Below, in pieces: positions 1 through 7,440 of a stretch of DNA of 58,567 bases. The notes below the pieces were generated by a model, which saw only the letters and a program-made list of their open reading frames with translations, did not search any database and was not told where the DNA came from. Numbering within the stretch: position 1 is the stretch's first letter; each line of letters opens with the position of its first letter. The translations under genes were made by a program, and so were the position numbers. Location: positions 1 to 58,567 of the forward strand of contig VGNF01000001.1 of the NCBI GenBank assembly GCA_016866195.1. Direction: 5' to 3'. The stretch is from Chloroflexota bacterium. GTDB taxonomy: Bacteria > Chloroflexota > Anaerolineae > Anaerolineales > Villigracilaceae.

Positions 1-864
1 CCCCAGGGACGAGCCGCCGCGGATCAACGGATCCAGCGCAGGCTGGTCTGGCGTCTCGTTCAGGTCGCCGAGCACCGCAAGGTATTCGTACCCGGCATTC
101 ATGTATTGGTCATAGATCTCACGTACGCGCCTGGCCTGCCGCAAACGCTTCGCGGCCGCCGCCTTGGCATCGCCGTAACCCTTGCTCTTGAAGTGATTGA
201 TCAGCAACAGCAGGGTGTTTCCCTTTGCAGTGCGGATCTCATACTCGGCGCAATCGCGGCTGAAGATCACACCCTTCTCGTCGACATCATCCACATGGCT
301 GAGCAACCGCTGGATGGTGAAGCCGGGCCGGGTCAGGATGCCGACATCGATGCCGCGCTTGTCGTTTCCATCGATCAACATCACATGTTCATAGACCTTT
401 TGGGAGACCTTCGGGAGGACGGCTTCGTTGAAGTCCTTGAGCAGGATGCGATTTTCCGCCTCTACCACCGAAAGCACGTCGGCATCCAGCAGGTCGATCA
501 CCCGGCCGATGTTCTGGCTGGCCGCCTCGGTGACAGGTTCGCGGGCCAGGTCGAACCAGCCGATCCATTCGCCGCGGCCGCCGGCGGCGATCTCAGCCGG
601 CTTGTTCTTCGGCCGGCGGATGAACTCACCTCGGATCTCGCGCAGGATGATGTATTTGCTCTCGCCGGTCGTGAGCAGTCCCTTGTGCCGCTTCATGATC
701 TCGATCAGGCGGGTCTTGATCGGCTCGGTGTAGATCTCGGACTGGATCAGGTCGTTCAGTTTGGCGAAATCTTCCAGAATCGGGCGGCCTTCAGCCCAGG
801 TGGCGAAGTTCATCGCCCTCGCCCGCTCGAACATGTTCTCGACGTTAAAAGTGGCCAGACGCAT
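1..864 (-). CDS. endonuclease/exonuclease/phosphatase (EEP) family protein; 3' end lies outside the window
   Basis: My own minus-strand translation from the ATG at 862-864 gives MRLATFNVENMFERA...IDLLDADVLSVVEAEN...LLINHFKSKG...LGDLNETPD, an EEP nuclease/phosphatase motif pattern. It is absent from the ORF track because it runs off the edge. The 106..909 + ORF is its antisense shadow. Confidence 0.75.
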   Translation of the reverse strand, partial: MRLATFNVENMFERARAMNFATWAEGRPILEDFAKLNDLIQSEIYTEPIKTRLIEIMKRHKGLLTTGESKYIILREIRGEFIRRPKNKPAEIAAGGRGEWIGWFDLAREPVTEAASQNIGRVIDLLDADVLSVVEAENRILLKDFNEAVLPKVSQKVYEHVMLIDGNDKRGIDVGILTRPGFTIQRLLSHVDDVDEKGVIFSRDCAEYEIRTAKGNTLLLLINHFKSKGYGDAKAAAAKRLRQARRVREIYDQYMNAGYEYLAVLGDLNETPDQPALDPLIRGGSSLG

Positions 865-924
865 CACGACCTCCCGTGGATAAAGCGGAACAAAAGGCCT
901 TGTTCTTGAAGTATAGCATGCTCC

Positions 925-1638
925 TCAGGCCTGAAGTAACAACCGTGCCCCCACGATTACCAACAGGATCAGTACCATCCGCTTGAACAACGCGGGGCTG
1001 ACCCATCGATCCAGCCATTGACCGGCAAGAAAACCGAGCAGCATGGCAGAGAGCGACCACGGCAGCAGGAGCCTGACCTCGGTGGAGAAATTCCCTCCCG
1101 CCAGATGACTGGTTACCACCATGACGCTGTTGATGACGAAGAAGCCTGAGAGGTTGCTCTTGAACTCCTGTGCGCTCCAGCGGCGGCAGTTTCCATAGAT
1201 GACGGCCGGCGGTCCCGCCGTGTTGTACGCGCCGCCCAGCATCCCGCTGACCAGACCCGCTGCCCATGCCCAGAGCGGATGGGACAGCTCCGGCAGGTGG
1301 AACCCAACCAGGGCATAGAGGGCATATCCGCAGATGACCGCTCCAAGCACAGACAGCGCGATGCTTTCATTAATATGACCCAGGAGATACACCCCCAGCG
1401 GTGCGCCAAGCAAGGCGGCGGCCAGCATTCGCCAGACGGCATCCACGCGGATCGAATCGCGGTAACGCATGACCATCAGCGCCTCCAGGCACAAAAAGGT
1501 ACCGGCCACGAGCGGCGCGGTGATCCTGATCCCCAACAAGGGGGGCAGAAGCGCCATGGTCACCAATGCGCTCCCGAAGCCGGTCAGGCTTTGGGTGAAT
1601 GCACCCAGGAATACGATAAAGAAGATGAGGGGATCCAA
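925..1638 (-). CDS. TauE/SafE (TSUP, DUF81) family anion/sulfite exporter permease
   Basis: 237-aa polytopic ORF (MDPLIFFIVFLGAFTQSLTGFGSALV...GMLGGAYNTAGPP...), a two-halves architecture typical of TauE. It is co-directional with the sulfur genes upstream. Confidence 0.8.
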   Translation of the reverse strand: MDPLIFFIVFLGAFTQSLTGFGSALVTMALLPPLLGIRITAPLVAGTFLCLEALMVMRYRDSIRVDAVWRMLAAALLGAPLGVYLLGHINESIALSVLGAVICGYALYALVGFHLPELSHPLWAWAAGLVSGMLGGAYNTAGPPAVIYGNCRRWSAQEFKSNLSGFFVINSVMVVTSHLAGGNFSTEVRLLLPWSLSAMLLGFLAGQWLDRWVSPALFKRMVLILLVIVGARLLLQA

Positions 1639-1786
1639 CCCGTACAGTATACACGCCTCCAGGCCGGGCTTTTAAGGTCTCCTTGTCTCATGCAGGGCAG
1701 GGTCGGAACAGATGGCGGGGAAAAAACCGACCGCCCCGGGTTGGTCCTGCGGGGCGGTTCAAGCACAGGCCAGAGAGAAATACAAG

Positions 1787-2290
1787 TTAGATGAAAATGA
1801 TTTGTGCGCCTTCGGTCATGTCGATGAAATCGCTGGCGGTGACCACGCTTTCGATGCACGGCAGGAAGTCTTCCTTCTTGATGCCGAACATGTCCACGGT
1901 CATTTTGCAGCCGTACATCTTGGCGCCGCCATCCGAGAGCATTTGAAGATATTCGCGGACAGGGGGAACGCCGAGCGCCTTCATCTTCGTTTTCATGAAC
2001 CAACTGGCAAAGGCGGTCATGCCGGGGATGATGCCCATGATGTTTGGGATGCCGAGGTTGCCGGTCGGCAGTCCCATCATGCTCATCTTGAAACTGGTAT
2101 TGGCCACAGGTGCGATCTCCAGACGGTCAACGCGTTTCTTGGTGACGAGGTCAAGTCCCCAAAATGTGAAAAACAAGGTTACGTCAATGCCGTTGCCGAG
2201 GGCGGCCCAGCCCATGATCAGAGCCGGATAGGCCATGTCCAAATCGCCCTTCGAGCAAATGAATGCGATCTTGCGGTTTGCTTCAGCCAT
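1787..2290 (-). CDS. DsrE/DsrF-like sulfur-relay family protein
   Basis: 167 aa with KIAFICSKGDLDMAYPALIMG...FFTFWGL...MYGCKMTVDMFG, resembling DsrE2-type proteins. AGGAG lies upstream of the ATG. Confidence 0.7.
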   Translation of the reverse strand: MAEANRKIAFICSKGDLDMAYPALIMGWAALGNGIDVTLFFTFWGLDLVTKKRVDRLEIAPVANTSFKMSMMGLPTGNLGIPNIMGIIPGMTAFASWFMKTKMKALGVPPVREYLQMLSDGGAKMYGCKMTVDMFGIKKEDFLPCIESVVTASDFIDMTEGAQIIFI

Positions 2291-2345
2291 GTCAATTCTC
2301 CTTTTTCATTCAGCTCCCCAAAGGTATGTCCGGGGATGGTCTGGA

Positions 2346-2654
2346 TTACACACAACCCTCAGGCTTTCCGAGGCCGGCGATTTTCGCCACCTTCTTGGCG
2401 GGACCTTTTGGGAACAGGGCGAACAGATCCTTGGTGGAGATGCCTGTGCCGGTCGTGATCTGGCGCAGGGTGGGGGATTTGCCGGAAGCCAGCCCGGCCT
2501 GGCGGCAGAAATCGATGATCTTCCAGTGCTCGGGCGTGAGGGTTTCAAGGCCCTCCTGTTTGGCCAGCACCTCGGCGATTTCCTTCGTCCACTGGCTGGG
2601 ATCGGTCATAAAGCCTTCCTCGTTGAAGGCGATGGCAGTGAGATCAGCTAACAT
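2346..2654 (-). CDS. TusE/DsrC-family sulfur carrier protein
   Basis: The C-terminus ...KIAGLGKPEGCV has the penultimate Cys characteristic of DsrC/TusE, but the second (CysB) cysteine 10 residues upstream is absent. I moved the start to the internal ATG at 2654, which is preceded by AAGGAG with a 9-nt spacer. The longer track ORF would overlap the upstream gene. Confidence 0.75.
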   Translation of the reverse strand: MLADLTAIAFNEEGFMTDPSQWTKEIAEVLAKQEGLETLTPEHWKIIDFCRQAGLASGKSPTLRQITTGTGISTKDLFALFPKGPAKKVAKIAGLGKPEGCV

Positions 2655-2694
2655 GTTTGTTTCTCCTTTTTGATAATGCTGTGAAGTGACCAGA

Positions 2695-3264
2695 CTAGTC
2701 ACCGATGGCCTTGAGTAAATTCAGCGAGCGGTATAACCCGCGGCGGGTTTTGGGATCGAAGGCGGCGCGCAGCAGGTCGAGCATTGTGACCTTTTCAGGC
2801 GGCTCCGCCTTCAATGCGTCCGCGACGCGAATACCCAGGGATTCAACATCCTCAGGCTTGTAGTCGTGGACGAGGCGGTCGGCAACTTTGATTCCAGCGC
2901 GGGCCAATCCAAAATATCCTTTGCGTTCGAGTCGGTCGAGTTCCATCGTCGCCTGATGAAAGATGCGTTTTCCCATCTGCTGACCTTCCTCGGCCAGCTC
3001 GGCGACGGCTTCCAGCTGATCGAGCAGTCCGACCAGCAGGCGCGTGTCCCGCAGCACCCGTTTGACGAGGAATAGCAGGTCGCCCAATTCGAAGTCGTTC
3101 CCGATTTCCGCCAGCTCATCGATCGACAGCTTGATGACGTGGTTGACCACGGGGATGGCGTCGTCCATCAATTCCTTCATGCCCTCCTGATCCTTGCGCT
3201 GCGCCTCGAACTGCGCGGTCAGATAATCGAGCTTTTGGTTCAGTATGGCGAGATCGTTTTCCAT
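2695..3264 (-). CDS. DUF1641 domain-containing protein
   Basis: 189-aa helical protein. Its C-terminal segment VTMLDLLRAAFDPKTRRGLYRSLNLLKAIG and its position immediately downstream of an SQR-like flavoprotein are the usual DUF1641 context. Confidence 0.65.
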   Translation of the reverse strand: MENDLAILNQKLDYLTAQFEAQRKDQEGMKELMDDAIPVVNHVIKLSIDELAEIGNDFELGDLLFLVKRVLRDTRLLVGLLDQLEAVAELAEEGQQMGKRIFHQATMELDRLERKGYFGLARAGIKVADRLVHDYKPEDVESLGIRVADALKAEPPEKVTMLDLLRAAFDPKTRRGLYRSLNLLKAIGD

Positions 3265-3271
3265 ACGCCTC

Positions 3272-4501
3272 CTATTTCCACTTGCCGGCCATGGACATCT
3301 GCGATTCGAAGGGCATCTCGCCGCCCTTGAGCAGCACGTTCCAATAGACCCATTTGAACATCATCTTGCCCCAGTGGTTGGCGGGGGATTCCTTGAGCAG
3401 GGAGAAGGGTCCAAACCCGGGCAGCGGGAACATGCCGGGCAGGGGTTCGACATCATAGTTGAAATCGATCAGCACGCCCTTGTCGTTGCCGGATTCGATG
3501 AAACAGTTGGCATGACCGTCGAACTTGGGAAGCGGCTCGAGCCCCTCCATGTGGCGCAGGATGTTTTCCACGACCACCTCCAGCATGAAGTGCGCCACCG
3601 ACCCGGCCTTCGAAGCCGGCGCGTTGCTGGCATCGCCGATCAGCCAGACGTTCTCCCACTTGAGGCTTTGCATGGTGTTCTTATTCACCGGCACGAAATT
3701 CAACTCATCCCCCATGCCCGAGGCGGCGATCACCTCCGCGCCCATGTTGGTCGGGATCGTGATGAACAGATCGTAGGGGATCTCCCGTTCGTCGTACGAG
3801 CGGATCACCTGCCTGGCGTTATCCACCTCCATGATCGAATACTCGGTCTCGAGGCGGATGCCGCGGTCCTCCAGCATGTTCCCGAGGATGGAGGAGGCGC
3901 GCGGTTTGGTAAAGGCGCCGGGCAGAGGCGTGACAAAGGTGATCTCCACTTTGTCGCGCATGCCGCGCTGCTTGAAGAACCAGTCCGCCAGGAAGAGGAA
4001 TTCGAGGGGCGCCACCGGGCATTTGATCGGCATCTCAGCCACGTTGAGCACCAGCCTCCCGCCCTTCCAGAATTTGAGGTGACGCGCCAGGGCGGCAGCG
4101 CCTTCGGGCGTGTAAAAGTCGAAAATGTTCCTGCGCCAGCCGCCATCCATCAAACCGGGCAATTGTTCCGGGCGGATGAAGCTGCCCGTGGCAATGACGA
4201 GGTAGTCGTAATGAATCGAGCGGTTGCCGGCCAGCCGCACCCGGTTCTGATCCGGCTCGATCCGCTCGATATCGCTGAAGATCATCTCCACTGAAGGGGG
4301 CAGGAAATTTCGCTTGGGCTTGACCACATCGGAAGGGGAATAGATCCCGAAAGGGATGAACAGGAATCCCGGCTGGTAATAATGGTTCTCGTCCTTGTCC
4401 ACCACCACCACACGCCATTCCTGCGGGTCCAGCGCGGCGGACATTTTGTTGGCGACCATCGTACCGCCTGTACCGCCTCCGAGGATGAGAAGGGTTTTCA
4501 T
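3272..4501 (-). CDS. sqr: sulfide:quinone oxidoreductase-like FAD-dependent pyridine nucleotide-disulfide oxidoreductase
   Basis: 409 aa with an N-terminal Rossmann motif LILGGGTGGTMVA, a conserved KCPVAPLEF cysteine segment and a second Cys in HANCFIESG. Gene neighbourhood includes DUF1641, DsrC and DsrE. Confidence 0.7.
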   Translation of the reverse strand: MKTLLILGGGTGGTMVANKMSAALDPQEWRVVVVDKDENHYYQPGFLFIPFGIYSPSDVVKPKRNFLPPSVEMIFSDIERIEPDQNRVRLAGNRSIHYDYLVIATGSFIRPEQLPGLMDGGWRRNIFDFYTPEGAAALARHLKFWKGGRLVLNVAEMPIKCPVAPLEFLFLADWFFKQRGMRDKVEITFVTPLPGAFTKPRASSILGNMLEDRGIRLETEYSIMEVDNARQVIRSYDEREIPYDLFITIPTNMGAEVIAASGMGDELNFVPVNKNTMQSLKWENVWLIGDASNAPASKAGSVAHFMLEVVVENILRHMEGLEPLPKFDGHANCFIESGNDKGVLIDFNYDVEPLPGMFPLPGFGPFSLLKESPANHWGKMMFKWVYWNVLLKGGEMPFESQMSMAGKWK

Positions 4502-4523
4502 GGAATTGGCTCCTGTCTGCGTC

Positions 4524-4856
4524 CTAGGAAAGCGCGGTCATTAATTCGGCGCGCTTCGCCAGATTGTCGTGCATGACCGCACGCAGCAGGTCCAAAGCCT
4601 GGATCAGGCGTTGATCCGCCAGGCTGTATATCATCACCGTGCCGTGCCTTTCGGTGGTCACCATGCCGCGCTCGCGCAGGACTTTGAGGTGCCGCGAGAC
4701 GAGTGGTTGGGGCATCTTCAGTTCAGTATGGAGTTCGGTGACATTTCGCGTTCCTTGCGACAGGGCGTACAGGATCAGGATACGGTTCGGGTCGGCCAGC
4801 CCGGCGCAGATCTCGGCATGCAACTGCAGGACCTCGGCCTCTAATGTGGAATTCAT
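4524..4856 (-). CDS. ArsR/SmtB family transcriptional regulator
   Basis: wHTH core LADPNRILILYALSQGTRNVTELHTELKMPQPLVSRHLKVLRERGMV. I set the start at the internal ATG 4856, which has AAGGAG 9 nt upstream. There is a single Cys only. Confidence 0.85.
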   Translation of the reverse strand: MNSTLEAEVLQLHAEICAGLADPNRILILYALSQGTRNVTELHTELKMPQPLVSRHLKVLRERGMVTTERHGTVMIYSLADQRLIQALDLLRAVMHDNLAKRAELMTALS

Positions 4857-4876
4857 GGGGTGCAACTCCTTGGCGG

Positions 4877-4888
4877 ATATACGTATAT
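4877..4888. promoter_or_regulatory. perfect 12-bp palindrome ATATACGTATAT, candidate ArsR operator
   Basis: Perfect dyad 21-32 nt upstream of the arsR-like start, inside an AT-rich promoter region with TTGATT / TATAT-like hexamers on the minus strand. Confidence 0.35.
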
Positions 4889-5048
4889 TTGGATAATCTT
4901 GTGAAAATTTTAACAATCAATAACGGGGAAAGGCAGTATTATCCATCATCAACTGACCATGATGAAAGTAACTAGATATTCATTATCTATTTGGTCGTAT
5001 GACGATTCTAACTGGTTTTCCCCTATTATTATGTGCGCGCCCGCTTTG

Positions 5049-5395
5049 TCAGATCTTGTTGCGCGTACAGCGCCATCGGACTGATGGGCAGTTGCGAATC
5101 TTCATCATACCGATCTCGAACTCGTCGAAGGGCAGTATAGATGGGTGCGCTCGCCGCCATCCCTGCGTCAGCCGGTCGCCTAATCCGTTGTAGCTGTTCG
5201 AGACCATGGTCATTCGGTTGGCGGAATCCCTTTGCTTCACTCAGGGTAAACTCCGGCATAGGTATTCGCCCCATCGTTGAGCAAGTTGCCGTTGTTGTCT
5301 CATGTGTAATTGACGGAGTCCACGCTTGCCAGGCGATTGGCATTATCGTACACATACTCGTGAGATTCGTTGTGAGTTTGCTCGGTAAGTAACAA
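5049..5395 (-). pseudogene. decayed Rhs/YD-repeat fragment (in-frame stop plus frameshift)
   Basis: My own translation gives ...HEYVYDNANRLASVDSVNYT*DNNGNLLNDGANTYA. The * is TGA at 5300-5302, where YD repeats have Trp (TGG). It continues in another frame as DSANRMTMVSNSYNGLGDRLTQ. Confidence 0.6.
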
Positions 5396-5398
5396 TGG

Positions 5399-6160
5399 CT
5401 AGGGGTTTAAAATCTTATAGTCGTCCGAGTAAGCATTTATTTCGATCTCAAAAATTCTGGTTGGAGGCAATTCATAAGAGACACTCCAACCAGGATAAGG
5501 ATAGGGGCCTAGGGAGAGGTTGATTCTGCATTGATTCCCAACAGAGATTCGCGCCTTACTTCCGCCATTATCTTCTGCCAGCTGAAGGACATCCTCAGTG
5601 GTTAATAATAGTTTTTCTAAATCAATATTTGCCCACTTAAGAAACAGTGATCGATCGTATCCATTTCCTTCGCCCCACTCGCCCTCACCAACACGTGGAT
5701 AAATCCCTATTTGGTGTACACTATATTTTTGCAATGATGTCAGCTTGTAGTATGTAATAACCACAATATCGAATCCAATCTCATCGCTGCATTCTCCGTA
5801 GAATGACATGCTGTGTAGACTCCAGTCATCTAATGATTCTTCCCAAATATGCTGATGAAGCGCCTTAGCGATCAAAAAATAATCCGCCTGTTTCCATACA
5901 AAGGGTGCTTCGTATGTATGCGGTCCGCTCGATTCGTCAATCGGCGAGAAAACATTCTTGTTCTCCTGCCTTAGGGAGTCGAGGATTGTTCTCGAATCAA
6001 ACTTAATTGTTCCCGAATTACTAAACGAGCTAAATAGAACATCGGGGTATCTGACTTCTTGCCGATCTTTAAGAATGGGGTCGCGCAATATTAAAGGACA
6101 AACTGGAATGGCAATAAGCAAGAAAATGGGTATTAGTATTTTGAGCCGCTTGTTCATCAT
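5399..6160 (-). CDS. hypothetical membrane-anchored protein, candidate immunity protein for the upstream Rhs toxin tip
   Basis: 253 aa with an N-terminal hydrophobic anchor MMNKRLKILIPIFLLIAIPVCPLIL and AT-rich codons. Its ATG lies 3 nt after the toxin stop (TAAactATGATG), with AAAGGA inside the toxin 3' end. Confidence 0.55.
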   Translation of the reverse strand: MMNKRLKILIPIFLLIAIPVCPLILRDPILKDRQEVRYPDVLFSSFSNSGTIKFDSRTILDSLRQENKNVFSPIDESSGPHTYEAPFVWKQADYFLIAKALHQHIWEESLDDWSLHSMSFYGECSDEIGFDIVVITYYKLTSLQKYSVHQIGIYPRVGEGEWGEGNGYDRSLFLKWANIDLEKLLLTTEDVLQLAEDNGGSKARISVGNQCRINLSLGPYPYPGWSVSYELPPTRIFEIEINAYSDDYKILNP

Positions 6161-6163
6161 AGT

Positions 6164-7168
6164 TTATCCTTTGATTAGGTTTTTGATTCGTCTTGTATCT
6201 AGACGACTTGGAATATACCATCCTGTGGGGCTTCTCCTGTGTAACTCCAATGCTACACCAAAGAAATAATCGAGTTGTACTCGGGTATCCCAATATCCTT
6301 GGAATCCTGCATTCTCAATTCGTTTCTCAAAATACAACTCCCAGTTAATTGGCAGATACTTCGCAGGTCGATACGGATTGCCAGCATATGCTTTAGAAAG
6401 GTCTTTCATACCAATTGGATTTAAACCCGGCCCATTTTGCCCTAAAGCAGCAGCGATAAATTTGTCAGTTTCAGTGCAATCAATGCAGAAAGCAAGAACT
6501 TGTTGAATCCTTCTTTTCATATACTCAACTGCCCAAGCCGGATCAGTTTGATCATGAGGATCTTCAAGTTTATATACATCGCCAAAATTCTCTCCCGGCC
6601 TTAATTCATTAGTTAATTCGTCGCGGGTTTTACACTCCGTGCAACCATCAGCAACACGTATGAAGCATCGCAGACCTGTTCCGCGAACTACAACCTCTCC
6701 ATTCTCGTCTCGAGTTTCTATTTTCTCGCCATATTCTGTTCCCTTTTGTTTGTCGGCAATTTGTGCAATTCCTTTTCCTGAATATTCATCACCACCAGAC
6801 CATCCATTGCATTGGACGCCGATACCGGCCGCAGTATATGTATTTAGCAGATCGACATTTTTGGGAGCAACATGCTTCACTACAAAATCCGCTCGTTCTT
6901 CACTATTTGGCAAAATTCCACAAGATATGTGCCCTGACGAGTCAGTAAGATTCACGGAATTTGAGTGAACGTAATTCCATCGATTCATGGACAAGGGATT
7001 ATTGTAATCCCCGCCCGACGTATCCCGCGAAAGGAACCTGCCCACGTCTCCCGAGTAATACCGCGCGCGCAGATACGTCAGCCCATTGGGATCGTTACAA
7101 TGTCTGAAGCACCGATACGGTTGACTTGAGCGATCCGTTCCAGAAACGCTGGCTGTTACGTCAGACAT
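6164..7168 (-). CDS. orphan Rhs-core C-terminal fragment fused to an unassigned ~250-aa toxin-like domain
   Basis: The N-terminal 80 aa carry the end-of-core signature LTYLRARYYSGDVGRFLSRD...NRWNYVHSNSVNLTDSSGH. No YD-repeat body lies upstream. The remainder has no family I recognise. Confidence 0.7.
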   Translation of the reverse strand: MSDVTASVSGTDRSSQPYRCFRHCNDPNGLTYLRARYYSGDVGRFLSRDTSGGDYNNPLSMNRWNYVHSNSVNLTDSSGHISCGILPNSEERADFVVKHVAPKNVDLLNTYTAAGIGVQCNGWSGGDEYSGKGIAQIADKQKGTEYGEKIETRDENGEVVVRGTGLRCFIRVADGCTECKTRDELTNELRPGENFGDVYKLEDPHDQTDPAWAVEYMKRRIQQVLAFCIDCTETDKFIAAALGQNGPGLNPIGMKDLSKAYAGNPYRPAKYLPINWELYFEKRIENAGFQGYWDTRVQLDYFFGVALELHRRSPTGWYIPSRLDTRRIKNLIKG

Positions 7169-7291
7169 TGATGCATGGGCTGGCTGAGGATATTCGCGCC
7201 CTGGACAGGGAGGACATCCGGCGGGAAATTGACCGATTGGATCTGCCGAAAGAGATCGATAGCCTATGGCGGAGGTATTTGGAGTATCTCG

Positions 7292-7440
7292 ATGCCGGAA
7301 ACAATTATGGGTTTTGGCACATTAACTCCGCTTCAAAAAGAATGTATGCGTGTACTGGCCAACCTGCCCGACAAGGAGCAATTCTACCTGGCGGGAGGTC
7401 CCTTTACCTTGATCCTTTGTGCCTTCGTGGTTGGAATTCC
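7292..7440 (+). pseudogene. possible N-terminal stub of an AbiEii/DUF1814-type nucleotidyltransferase toxin
   Basis: MPETIMGFGTLTPLQKECMRVLANLPDKEQFYLAGG... resembles the N-terminus of AbiEii-family proteins. The reading frame runs straight into the 3' end of the convergent ABC permease gene, so at most ~50 aa can be genuine. Confidence 0.3.

Noticed and set aside
106-909. 267-aa plus-strand ORF at the left edge
   Set aside because: It is the antisense shadow of the clearly homologous EEP-family gene on the minus strand (1..864). The composition is Arg/Gly/Ala/Asp-rich with no motifs.
3245-4294. 349-aa plus-strand ORF over the SQR gene
   Set aside because: It is antisense to a gene with clear flavoprotein motifs. 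This is typical open-frame persistence in GC-rich DNA.
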